Both the position numbers and the translations under genes were made by a program. DNA of 64,000 bases, taken from Chiloscyllium plagiosum (Eukaryota). Shown piece after piece: positions 52,847 to 64,000 of the stretch. The stretch lies in assembly GCF_004010195.1 (NCBI RefSeq), contig NC_057718.1, positions 51,479,941 to 51,543,940 on the forward strand. The letters are read 5' to 3'. The notes under the pieces were generated by a model. That model did no database searches. It was not told where the DNA came from and worked only from the letters and a program-made list of their open reading frames with translations. Each line of letters opens with the position of its first letter. The first letter of the stretch is position 1.

Positions 52847-53104
52847 GCCCTCAGGTTTATGTCAACAGACAGAGGAAAATAGCAAGAACTGATTTTTCTA
52901 ACACTGCAGAAAGCTTGGCAAATCCCACCAGTCTACTCTTAACTATGAAAAAAGTGATGGAGTATGTCATTGACAGTATTGTCAAGTGGCACTTACTTAC
53001 CAATAATATCCATCTGCCATTGGCGCAAAAATAAGTCAGACTGATGCAAAAACCAGTGTAACCATGGTGCACTACTAATTTATCATTGTGTGAGAGGATA
53101 ACTT

Positions 53105-53197
53105 AAGATGCAGTCGTGGTGCCCCTACCCCTGAGCCAGAAGCCCTGGATTCAAGTTCCACCTGCTCCAGAGGTATCCAATAACATCTATGAACAGG
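53105..53197 (+). mobile_element. Short tRNA-like SINE remnant
   Basis: gtggtgcccctacccctgagccagaagccctggattcaagttccacc, with an A/B-box-like layout. Confidence 0.45.
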
Positions 53198-53892
53198 AAA
53201 AAAATAGCAAGGAGTGAAAGCAAAATTACCTCCATTGTGAATTTCGTATGTGTCTTCTTGAATGGCTCTCTAACCATTGCAAAAATGGACTCATATTTAC
53301 TTAGTGAGGTAAGGAGACAGGAATCATTTAATAATTCATTTTACAGACAAGGGAATAAATAGGATTACAGTCAAACTGAATTACGATTCACACAGTTTCA
53401 TTTCTCTTATTCAATAAGCCAGCTCTTTCCAAGGCTGCCTCACTTGTTTTTAGCATTGCCTTACTTTCTGGATAATTTCTAGTGGCAAAAATGTGCCCCC
53501 TTTATGTTCTGTGTTGCTTCTAGCTCTGATCTCTAACCATCAAGCTACATTAATTGACAGCCCTTGTTTAATGAATTGACAGTAGCCCTTTCAATAAAAC
53601 TAACAATCCTTTCTCTCCTTTGGGATGAAGGTTTAAATAAAATATTTTCTACTCTTAAAATAAATGGATATAATCCAGACTAATGAGCATGGAATTAGGC
53701 AATTGACTGAGAATTAGATTGAAATAAACTGTAGGCATTGATATTTTACAAACATGTTGAGACTGTAATACATACATTTAGTGCCTGCAGCCTTTTTTCT
53801 TTACGAATGATGAACATTCATTCTATTTTTGAAGAACACAATTAAAAGCAATTAAAACCCAATATTTTCTTCTACAATGAACACAGCGATGA

Positions 53893-54197
53893 TTAGATTC
53901 CACGGTGTGGAAACAGGCCCTTCAGCCCAACAAGTCCACAACGACCCTCCGAAGAATAACCCACCCAGACCCATTCCCCTACATTTACCCCTTCACCTAA
54001 CACCACGGGCAATTTAGCATGGCCAATTCACCTAACCTGCACATTTTTGGACTGTGGGAGGAAACTGGAGCACCCGGAGGAAACCCACGCGGACACAGGG
54101 AGAATGTGCAAACTCCACACAGACAGTTGCCTGAGGCAGGAATTGAACCCGGGTCGCTCGCGCTGTGAGGCAGCAGTGCTAACCACTGTGCCGCCCA
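53893..54197 (-). mobile_element. HE1 SINE
   Basis: Reverse complement of the HE1 structure with an intact V-domain. Confidence 0.92.
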
Positions 54198-57100
54198 AAA
54201 TCAAAAATCTGTAAATGTGACAGCATGGTGTTAACATGAAGTAATGGAAAATTCTGCAACTTTACAGTTATTAGAAATTACAAAGGAAAATAGAGTGGAT
54301 CTGCTCTCTGAGGTCATTGCGCATCCGTGCTGCTGGTCTGGCAGTTCCAACCCTAACACAAAGTAGGGCCTCCCACTAGGAAAATACCAGCAATCTGATG
54401 CCATAAGTAGGATCATAATGGCAGGATTCATCCTGCTCTTGATTCCTAACTCTGAGGTGAAAATTTTGCCCAAATTTCATTGGCAAACATTTGGTCTTTT
54501 AAGATAAATCTTCTGTAAGATGTAGCTGTTTACCAATAGTTTAGCCAAGCAAAGAAGAATTTAATTGCAATTCATGACAGTGAAATGCAACTCTGTCTGC
54601 CACTTGCCCACCAATTCAGTTGCATTATCAATGTATCAAAATCAGATCTGATTAGATTTAGGTTGGATTAGATAAGGATTATAACAGAATGTACTTCCAC
54701 AGAGATTATCCTGCAAAATGTCCCAGTTGGAGCTTATTCACCACTGGGAACTGCATGGATCTTTTGTTTTAACATGAAACAGTAAAAGATCAGCATTAGA
54801 CTGCAGTTACATCAGTTTTGCATAAATCTACTGTTGTCCAGGGCACACTAATTTAGAGTTGAAAGATTGGATATTTACTCCAAATAGGAGGAGCAAATAA
54901 TTTTGTTCTATTTGAATTTGACCATTTGCAATAAATGTAGATTGTAGTGATAATGTAAAGGTATCATAATTCATTTCCATGTACTTCATCTTCTGGTAAT
55001 GTCACACCGTTAACCATTTTATTCAGGCTAAGCACACTTCTGATAGTCTTTGCTCACTTCCAATATCATCTGGGATCATTGGATGACATGGAACATCCCA
55101 AATAAGGGATTTTATTTTGTTATTATTTGTTAATGGGATTTGAGTGTTGCTTTGAGAAGGTAGTGATAAATCACTTTCTTGAACAATCACACTCCTTTTG
55201 GTATAAGTCCAATCTCGGTACATTTTATGTTTCCATTTCCAACATTCACAGTTTTTTTTCTGAAGTAAACTGTAGAGCATACAAATACAAATGTATATCT
55301 TTGTGTGTATATATGATTGACTAGCTTTTTTTTAAAAAGTAGGTCCTTAGTAAGATGAGGTCCACACTTATATAAGTGAACATGAACAGAATGACTAAAC
55401 ATCAGCATTCTAGAAGTTCACAGAATCAGACTCCTGTTCCACATCATCTTATGTCACTGTGTCATAGCTCCTTTTGTGCATGTAAAGCAGCTAATATTAC
55501 GGTCAGGTATAATTAGCCCTTTAGTCCATATCACACCCAAAGTCATAATCCTAACTTGAGTGCATACACAATTTTCCAAATCCTCCCTTCCCCAAGCATC
55601 TCTGTGGTTTCTAAGGAAAGTTTGGACAGTGGTTTTATCAATCTCCCTGACTGTATACAGAGTTCTTTTGATGGTTGTGGACAATAGGTGAATGGTGAAC
55701 TGCTTCTCTGATGATCCTCATACCAGTCTTGTTTGTTAGTACTGTTGTCAAAGATTCCTCCTGAGAGTCAGGGACTGCAGATCACCTGACTGCAGGCTTA
55801 TTTTTAATGAGATCAAGGCACACTTGTTGTTAAGACAGTTGTTGGATCTTTGCCAATGCATTGACCCTCTACTGTTGATCTCTGAGCTACACTTGGGCTT
55901 TCTATTTCAACATGTGCAGGTAGTGGCGCCAACTGTCTCTAGCTGAAGGTGCAAGCTTGACCTGTCTTGTGATATTTCACTTCTCTTCGTATTTGTTCAT
56001 GGCCCTGCTTTACTGTACTTGATGCCTAGGATAGAGGAGAAACTAAATTTGAAACCTCTGGCAAATCAAAAGCTGGTATGGGGTGAAGCTGTTCTATAGT
56101 GGTGTGGAGTGGTAGTTAAGAAGGACGAAATGAAAATCTTTTTTCCTTTCTCAGGCTGTTTCTTTTATAGTATCTACCTCTCTATTGGCTTTGCTGTTGT
56201 CTTGCAGACACCTTTGTAAGCTTGTAGCATAGCAAAATCTGTTTAAAGCTACAGAGGATTGAAAATACTCATTAGCAAATTGTGGCAATTGTCAGGAAGG
56301 ACTATATCTGGGACTCCATGCATGGGAAAACAGGTCCTCAAAGAGATTTATGATTAGTTTAGCTTCTGGACCTCCATCCAACAGGAATTATATGTGACCA
56401 AGATGAGAAATAAAAATCCCTATAAATTCAAATAGATCAATGCCAAAATATTTTCCAATGGCCTAGTCAGTAAGGAGGAGGGCAGATCAGGTTCTTTCTG
56501 TTCCTCTCTGAGTGGGACTGAGTGAGCTCTATGAAGTGAGCCAAGAGATGCAGCTTGGTCCAGTTTCTGAGCTGGGAGTGTACCTCTGAACACAAAGCAT
56601 TCTTGCTGCAGCAGTACAGTGATTGCACAGCTCAAGTCTTTGACATTGAGAAGCATCCTGAAGGTGGATCAGAAATGTGCCATGAAGGTTCACAGGCACT
56701 GGCACATTGTGGATGCTAATGTCCATGGATGTGGGGTGTGCGTGTGGCTGGTGCCCATGGAGCAAGCTCCAGATGTTGGTGCCTGGGGTCCAACATGGAG
56801 GTCTTTGAGGACAAGTGGTGAGTTGAACCCACCAAGATCCCATACTGGTTTCTGTGTTGAGTTTTCCTGACGGCCTGTTTGGTAATATTGTGAGTTCACT
56901 AAGATTGTAATCCATGAGGCTTAGGCTGTTAACAAGCTTTTATAAAGCATTATGGAGTGGTAGTTGGAACCCATGACTGTGTGTTGTGCATCTCACCACG
57001 CCACTTGAGAGGAGCGATCAAGATGCAGTGAGGTAATAATGCAGGAAGGTCAAGATGGGCCTCACAAATATCTTACCCAATTCTACCACTCATTTAGCTA

Positions 57101-60100
57101 AAACCTTTATCACTCCGAGCCTGGTAAGATTCCACACTATGTTTCTGATAGAGTCAAATGAGCGCTGTTGGCACTCCATCACTTTATAATAACTGGTCTT
57201 GCCTCCAAAAATGCGTGACAGTCTCATTAACTTGAGCTAAGTTGGAGAAGAAATTTTCCACCAGATTTATCATTTCCATGAACCATTACAGTTCTGTAAT
57301 AACCCTGATTGATGGAAATGTCTCAAATATCTTTTGTCCTGGGAGTTTTGCCATGTTCCATGTTACCTGGACCAAAAATGTAATCACTACCTTTCATAAT
57401 TTACATTTGTCATTAAGTGTCAACCCACTAGCCTGAAACTTCATCAAGACTCTCCTTACCCGGTGTCATGTTAAGCTTTAGTGGACCCATGGGTGAAAAT
57501 GCTATCCACGTGACATACAACACCTTCTGTGCCTTTCAATTTGTTGGACATCATCTATTGGAAAACCTTGGGTGCAGGCATAATGTCAAAAAACAAGAAG
57601 TCAGGACTGCAATCTCATTGGGTTGTTGTGAACACGTGACCATTGTCAACTGTTTGGCTGTAGTCCTCATCCAACTTGGTGAGGATTGTCTTTTTGTATG
57701 TTTAACTGGGCAGTCACTGCAAATGCACTAGATGTATCTCTCACTGCAAGTGCCTTATTTAAATATGTTAATTTGACACAAATTCTAATGATTCTGCATG
57801 GTTTAGTAACTGGCAGCATAAAAGAGCATTGCACTGATGCTGTATAATTGTTGAAATAACCCCTTTTTGTATTATGGTTTCAATTTTAATTTGTAGCTTG
57901 TATGTTAATGGATAAGGGACTTGCCTAGGTATGTACAAACTGTTGCATTTGGCATCTGGCTTTGGTGTAGTGTGGAACAGTGTTCAGTTTTTCCAAGCCA
58001 ATGAAGAGTTTTGAAAATTGTTGTTTAAATTCATCTGCTGGCTCCTGCTGGATGTTTACACATATTTTAAGGATGAGGTTAAGGGTTAGGTTAGGTTAAG
58101 GAAGCTCTTCTGCAAGAAATGAACATGCTTGGCCATAATTAACATTCAACGTGCCAACAATTTCTTACATTATTTTTGGTCTTAACATTGCCTCAAGTTG
58201 ACCTTTGGTCTTCAGACTGAATCCGCCTGGGCCACGCAGTTGAATGAATGAAGGTTGTCAGGAAACTCCTCCAGCTTATGCACTAATTGTGGTGACTCCA
58301 ACTTCATTCAAACTATCTGGATCCCTGTATTCAGGTCAATCAGGGTAGAACTCATAGCTGTGCTGAGTAAAGGTTTGTCTCTTACAGTGTTGACAGTGTT
58401 GGTCTGAAGACTGGTCTAGTTGATTGTAAAGTCCTTTATCTGCTACAGTGTACAGCCACAGGGCTTCACTTCAAGAGCTCCATGCCATTTTTCCTCTATT
58501 TCATGGAACAAACATTATTAAACAGAACTATGTGCAAGAGATGACAAGACAGGGCATTTTCTGGAACCCTGTACATTCCTGTTCGTGGCAATGTGGCCTG
58601 AATGAAATTCTGAGCCCTCCAGGAGCTCTAACATTGCATCACATATGATATTTATTCACTGTTTTTATACAATGCAAATTATTTTTCTATTGTGCCTTTA
58701 AGACAGCATAACTTCTCAAAGTACTGAATAAAGTCATTAACATTATAAAAAAGTTAATGTGAATGGCGTTGTCTCAGAAATAAATTCTGAGCATGCACTT
58801 GAAAGTGAATCATAGAATTCAAAGTAGAAGTTTCACCAACCATGCTATCCAAGGTGGGGAAAGAAAGTGGAGTACATAGCAAATTGGTGTCAAATGACCA
58901 GACAGTGTGATCTAGGATGTAACACTGCAAATGTTTCGGAGACAAGAAAATATTTTGAAAGGATGTGTGAAGAAAGGACATAAGATTTTAAAATCAAGAC
59001 ACGAGAATGAAAGATATACATGAAGTAAGTAGACTTACTACAGGATAACACAATACATTTTGAAACTGTCAGAAATGTGAGTGAATTGAAAATGGGGTAG
59101 GCTTTGATATAGCACAGTTGATAAGGATGTGTCTATGAGGCTGTCAGTATGGACTTCTAGTATTTATTTGACAAGGTTCTGCATGAGATTACTCGATAAG
59201 CAATGATAATAAATTGGCAGGTAGGAGACATAAAGTAGTGACATTGGAAAGAAGCCTTGCTCAAGTGATGGTGCCTTGTCAGCTATTGAAGAGTCAGGAT
59301 GAGACAGGTGCTACAACTTACATGGAAACCTACCAAATCCCAGACCATCAGACAGTCGTGAGGCAACTGATTGGCATTCATGTGGACTCCGGTCACCAGG
59401 AACAGAAGTCTCTCACAGGGAGAGCTGCTGGCTAGTCAGAGGTCTGCAGCTCTTGCACCAAGCAGGCCAAAGAGAAGGTTGTGGTTGCTCTGCACCTAAA
59501 CAGCACCTCCTGAAGTACCAGGATTGAGTAAAGAAGCATTTTATGGGGGAATTCACAAATTGATGGTTGCATAGACAAGGAGCTTGGAAGTGGGTCTGTG
59601 TTCAACATCTAATCTCTTGATCTGGCACTGAATGATAGAGGGATCACATTACCACGTCCTACTGTTGTTCCATTGAGATGACACGCTGCCTCACAGATTG
59701 ACCTCTTGGGGACTTTGCAGTTGTGACAAGCCTACATGCAACTCAATTGTCCATAATGACCACTTAACAGCCTCAAATGGCAGGGGACTGGACTGTCAAT
59801 CATGGATCTTCCTATGCACAATTTAATTCCAGTGAAGCTGTGAAGACACCAGGCCTTGGGTATCCCACCAGCCCACTTGATTAGGTGTCCTGCCCAGTTC
59901 CAAGTCTGCCACCTCCAAGAGTAGAAGATTCTGCCCAAATTGTTGAGTTTTGATAAGTCATGATCCCCAGATATCTACACTGGAGCTACATCTTTCCTCC
60001 ATATATCCTAGTATTTTAGATGCAGCAATTGTACATCAATCTTTGTAGATGATGTTAAATTCGGATAAACATTAAGATTTATGAATATGATTAGTCAAAA

Positions 60101-61049
60101 TTATGACAGAGAGAAATCAATTATGAAGTAATCAAATTGATTTCATAAAAACAAATTTGAACAGTTTCTTAAGGAAAGTCATGATCTTCAAACACGTCCA
60201 GGACACAGCTTTTCTATTAGAAGCTATTTCCTTTAACTACAGACATTTAGTTTCACCAATTGCAAGAATGAAATCTCTTAGATGGTTGGAAATGTTAAAA
60301 CATTAGAAAATGTGAGAGGGAGAATGGCATAGTACACAATCAAAGGAATTCTCTGAAGTATCTTATAAATTATAATTGATACATATCATTTTGTGATTTG
60401 TTTACAATATTTAATTTGTTCAAATCTGAATTACTTTATTAGTATAGAATTTATTAATGTACATGCTATTACATGAAGAACCTGCCTTAACTAGAGCACA
60501 GAGGTATTTTCATGAATGCAGGAAATGTAATGATTAACAACTCTATTAATAATTATCATTTTGATATTTCCTATGGTGCCCTCTGCAGGTTTACAGGAAG
60601 CAAAATTTCTCAAACTGAAAAATTTGCCTTTGTAGTATCATGGAAACCCATAATCATTTATCGGTAAAGGACTGTTATTGTCAGGATAAAGAATGATAAG
60701 TACTGGACACTGTGATAAATTGAGACAAATGCATGATGAAATATAGCAACATTTTACTTTTCGGTGTCTTTTACATGCACAGAAATGTTAAGCAGCTTAA
60801 ACCGATCACAATATACACATTAATCAGAGTTTGTCATACAACAGATATAATCACGAAGACACAATGTTGGCAGCACATCAGCCACATAATGTTTCTGCAA
60901 ACTTGTGTTGTCAAAACCATATTAATGTACTGCATCACTTAAAAAAAGAACCTTAATTACTATAGAAGGACAAACTGGGTATGATTGAATGGATTGAAAA
61001 TTGGACAACTTCAGAAGAGATCATTGAGCACAAACTTTATCTGCTTTAT

Positions 61050-61356
61050 TGGTGGCATGGTGGCTCAATGGTTAGCACTGCTGCCTCTCAGCGCCAGGGA
61101 CCAGGTTTGATTCCAGCCTCAGGTGACTGTCTGGGTGGAGTTTGCACATTTTCCCTGTGTCTGTATGGGTTTCCTCTCACAATCCAAAAATATGGAGGTT
61201 AGGTGAATTGGCCATGCTAAAATTGCCCATAGTGTTCAGGGTTGTGTAGGTTGAGTGCATTAGTCAGGAGTAAATGTAAAATAATTGGGTAGGGGAAGAG
61301 TCTGGGTGGGTTACTCTTTGGAGGGTTGGTGTTTCCACACTGTAGGGATTCTATGA
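61050..61356 (+). mobile_element. Older HE1/V-SINE variant
   Basis: gtggctcaatggttagcactgctgcctc...gtggagtttgcacatt...gtttccacactgtagggattctatgatt. Confidence 0.85.
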
Positions 61357-61809
61357 TTAGCTTGCACTATCCTTTTGCTTAAGTACATTATATTACTGGT
61401 ACTTGCAGATCCCCCTCTTGACAAGGACTGTTGGTTCGGTGTCACATAGGCAAGCCAGCTGATGTGACACCAGAATGCCTAATTTAAACTACACATGTTC
61501 AGACAATAGATTCACTCACCACTCTACAAAAAGCAATCACTGAGCTGCAAATTGGGTCCTGTACGACTATTATTTAAGAAGCCACACACATATCTCACTG
61601 GTAAAATAATTATGAAAAACCTGTGCAATTGCAAAATAAGTATTCTAGAGTGTTTCAGATTTGTTGAGGTTAATTCGTGGAGAGAATTGCTGCATCCTTT
61701 TGGGAGGGCAGATGATGAGATGACACATTCCTATACAGGCTACAATAGATGTGGAGACAGAAGTGGCAGCCTCTGGGTTTTCAATATGACAGGCTACGAA
61801 GAGAGTAAA

Positions 61810-62925
61810 AAGCTTCCTATTCCATTCTCCCATGGTCTCTGTCACCGTCCAGGTGGTTTGATAATGCCAGCTTCTACAAGTGGGCCTCCAAATTGGCCTC
61901 CAATTCATCAACTGAGGATTCCCCACCAGTATGGTTGACAGGGCCCTTAATTTTGTCAGATACATCTCCCACTCTCCAGCAATAGGATCCCTCCAGTCTC
62001 CACTAGCATTCATATCCGGACGATCATTACCTGCCATTTCTACCATCTCCAGTGCAATACAATCACCAGACACATATTCCCCTCCTCTCCATTGTCAGCC
62101 TTCCACAAGGACTGTTCCCTCAGGGACATCTTGGTCCACTTCTGCCTCACTGCCAACATCTGCCTACACCTCTGCGGCACCTTCACACGCAATTGCAGAA
62201 GGTGTTACACCTGCCTGTTTACTTCCTCTCTCCTCATTATCTAACTACCCACTTCATGGTGAAGTAGCAATTTACCTGCACTTCATTCAACCGAATCTCC
62301 TGTATTCGCTCCTCACAATGTGGTCTCCTCTACAATGGGGAGACGAAGTGTAGACTGGGCCACTACTTTGCAAAACACGTATGTTCTGTCTGCTAAAATG
62401 ACCCTGAGCACCCAGTTGCCTGACATTTCAACACACCACCTTGTTCCCTGGCCAACATCTCTGTTTGAACTTGCTGCAGTGCTCCTGCGAAGCTCAGTGC
62501 AAGCTGGAAGAACCCCGTTTCATTTTCCGCTTGGGTACTCTGCAGCCTTCTGGACTTAATATCGCATTCAGCAACTTGAGGGCTTGGGCATCTTACCCCA
62601 ACTCTCACACAGCAGGCCTTGTCACCACATGGTATGCCACCACAAACAATTCACTGGATTGGACCCCTTGAGCAAGTATTGATTCTCCCAGACTTTCCTT
62701 TGTCTGCCCAATGGTTTTCTCCCCGCTCTGGGCTCCATCTCCACATATTGTTTACTTCTCCAACTCCTGATATCCAGTCCATCTTCAGCATATGTATCAA
62801 TCTTTTCTTAGCTGCAACCTGTTCTGAAGAAGGGGCGACAGACTCCAAAACACTATTGCTGCTTTCTCTCCACAGATGCTGCACAGTGGCCTGCTCAGTT
62901 TTAACAGCAATTTCTGTTTCTGTTA
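61810..62925 (+). mobile_element. PLE fragment (RT C-terminus, GIY-YIG, 3' UTR, decayed HHR)
   Basis: gtggtctcctctacaatggggagacgaagtgtagactgggc (GLLY.GETK.RLG); QCKLEEPRFIFRLGTLQPSGLN; gttctgaagaagggg at ~62821. Confidence 0.82.
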
Positions 62926-63579
62926 CGAAGAGGTCACGTTCTTATGTATGCTTTCCGTCCTTCTGCAAAGTTGGAACTGATCCTTGAGATTTTCAGGGAG
63001 CTATCTGGCCAGGTAAAGCAACCAGCATCTAAGTGTGTGCATGCTGTCAGCAACCTTGAGGACGTTGCCCCATTGTGGTCCTTATCTGAGTTGTCTACAG
63101 CAGAACTCATCTGCAGCTGCAGTCACCATGGCACTGGCAAATGAACCACCTTTCACTATGTTACCTTGGATTTACAAATAGAAAATGTGACTGTTCAAAT
63201 TTAGTACTTTGATGAAGAGAAAGGAACTCTTTGTAGCACTGATATATTTTTTGAACTTTTGGTAATGGAATAACATCGCTGTCCAGATAACTTTATATGT
63301 GCGAGACAGTTTCTGATATACACTTGAATGCCTCAACATATATTTGAAACTGCTTTTGTAAAAAATCAGGAGGTGAAATTTTGTTGGGATTCTCCAACTC
63401 ACCCTCTGTAATACTAGTAAAGAAATCTAAGGAACTCCAGAAAAGGTTTTGTGAATAGCAAGAAAACGTCCCTGCTCCAATGCCGTGCCTGTTTTCATCG
63501 CTGTCCCCCTCCACCCCATATCATTCATCCATGCAAACACATTCCTTCCATCTGACGGGCATAAACTTTTGTTTTGTCG

Positions 63580-63899
63580 TGCCTGTCTTACATCCATAGA
63601 AGACATCCAGAGATTGAGCCCTCGCGGGGAAAGCCCAGTGTAAAGTGACTGCAGGCCCATGGCCAAAGAAGGATTGTAATTTGGAACTTTTAATTTTATT
63701 TCTTATTTATTACTTAGTCCTGACAAGAACTGTTATGTTGAACTTTAAACTTATTTCTTCATTTTTCTACTTTTTAACCTAAGATTCCATACCTAGATAC
63801 CTTGTACCTAAGATGGCACCATGAATGGCTTTTCACTGAACTCCTGTATCCCTATACTTGAGTATATGTGACAATAAAACCTAATTCTAATTCTAATTC
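63580..63899 (+). mobile_element. Non-coding retroposon 3' end with a Rex1/Babar-like tail
   Basis: aagatggcacc...ggcttttcactg...tgtgacaataaaa-(ctaatt)n, similar to the LINE tail at 45070-45121. Confidence 0.5.
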
Positions 63900-64000
63900 C
63901 AGGAGCTCAACTAAGGAAAAAAATACTGACCAGGAGTTATCATTAGTCCCTCATTCAATTCAAAGCACAATCTCTCGTTTTCCGACTGATGTCACTCCCT

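Noticed and set aside
56400..57000. Overlapping ORFs in a GC-richer patch
   Set aside because: Probably decayed transposon sequence; no motif I can support
1..64000. CRISPR arrays or prokaryotic operons
   Set aside because: No regularly spaced direct repeats; the DNA is vertebrate and all repeats are dispersed TEs

Overview
Repeat-rich, AT-rich vertebrate genomic DNA, almost certainly from a shark: it carries HE1/V-SINEs, HER1-like CR1 LINEs and Deu-domain SINE remnants. I cannot identify any host protein-coding gene; there are only a few weak exon candidates. The window is a mosaic of CR1, L2 and Rex1/Babar LINE fragments, SINEs, a Tc1/mariner-pogo-type MITE, decayed Harbinger transposase pieces and at least four families of Penelope-like elements (PLEs). 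The most striking structure is a set of 90-230 bp PLE-derived insertions built around minimal hammerhead ribozyme (HHR) motifs. Most are fold-back hairpins with 7-17 bp target-site duplications (TSDs), where only one arm carries a ~25-37 nt 3' tail. A 1.86 kb RT+GIY-YIG PLE at 14450-16307 has the same architecture. All TE family calls are by eye from remembered motifs, and boundaries of decayed copies are approximate.
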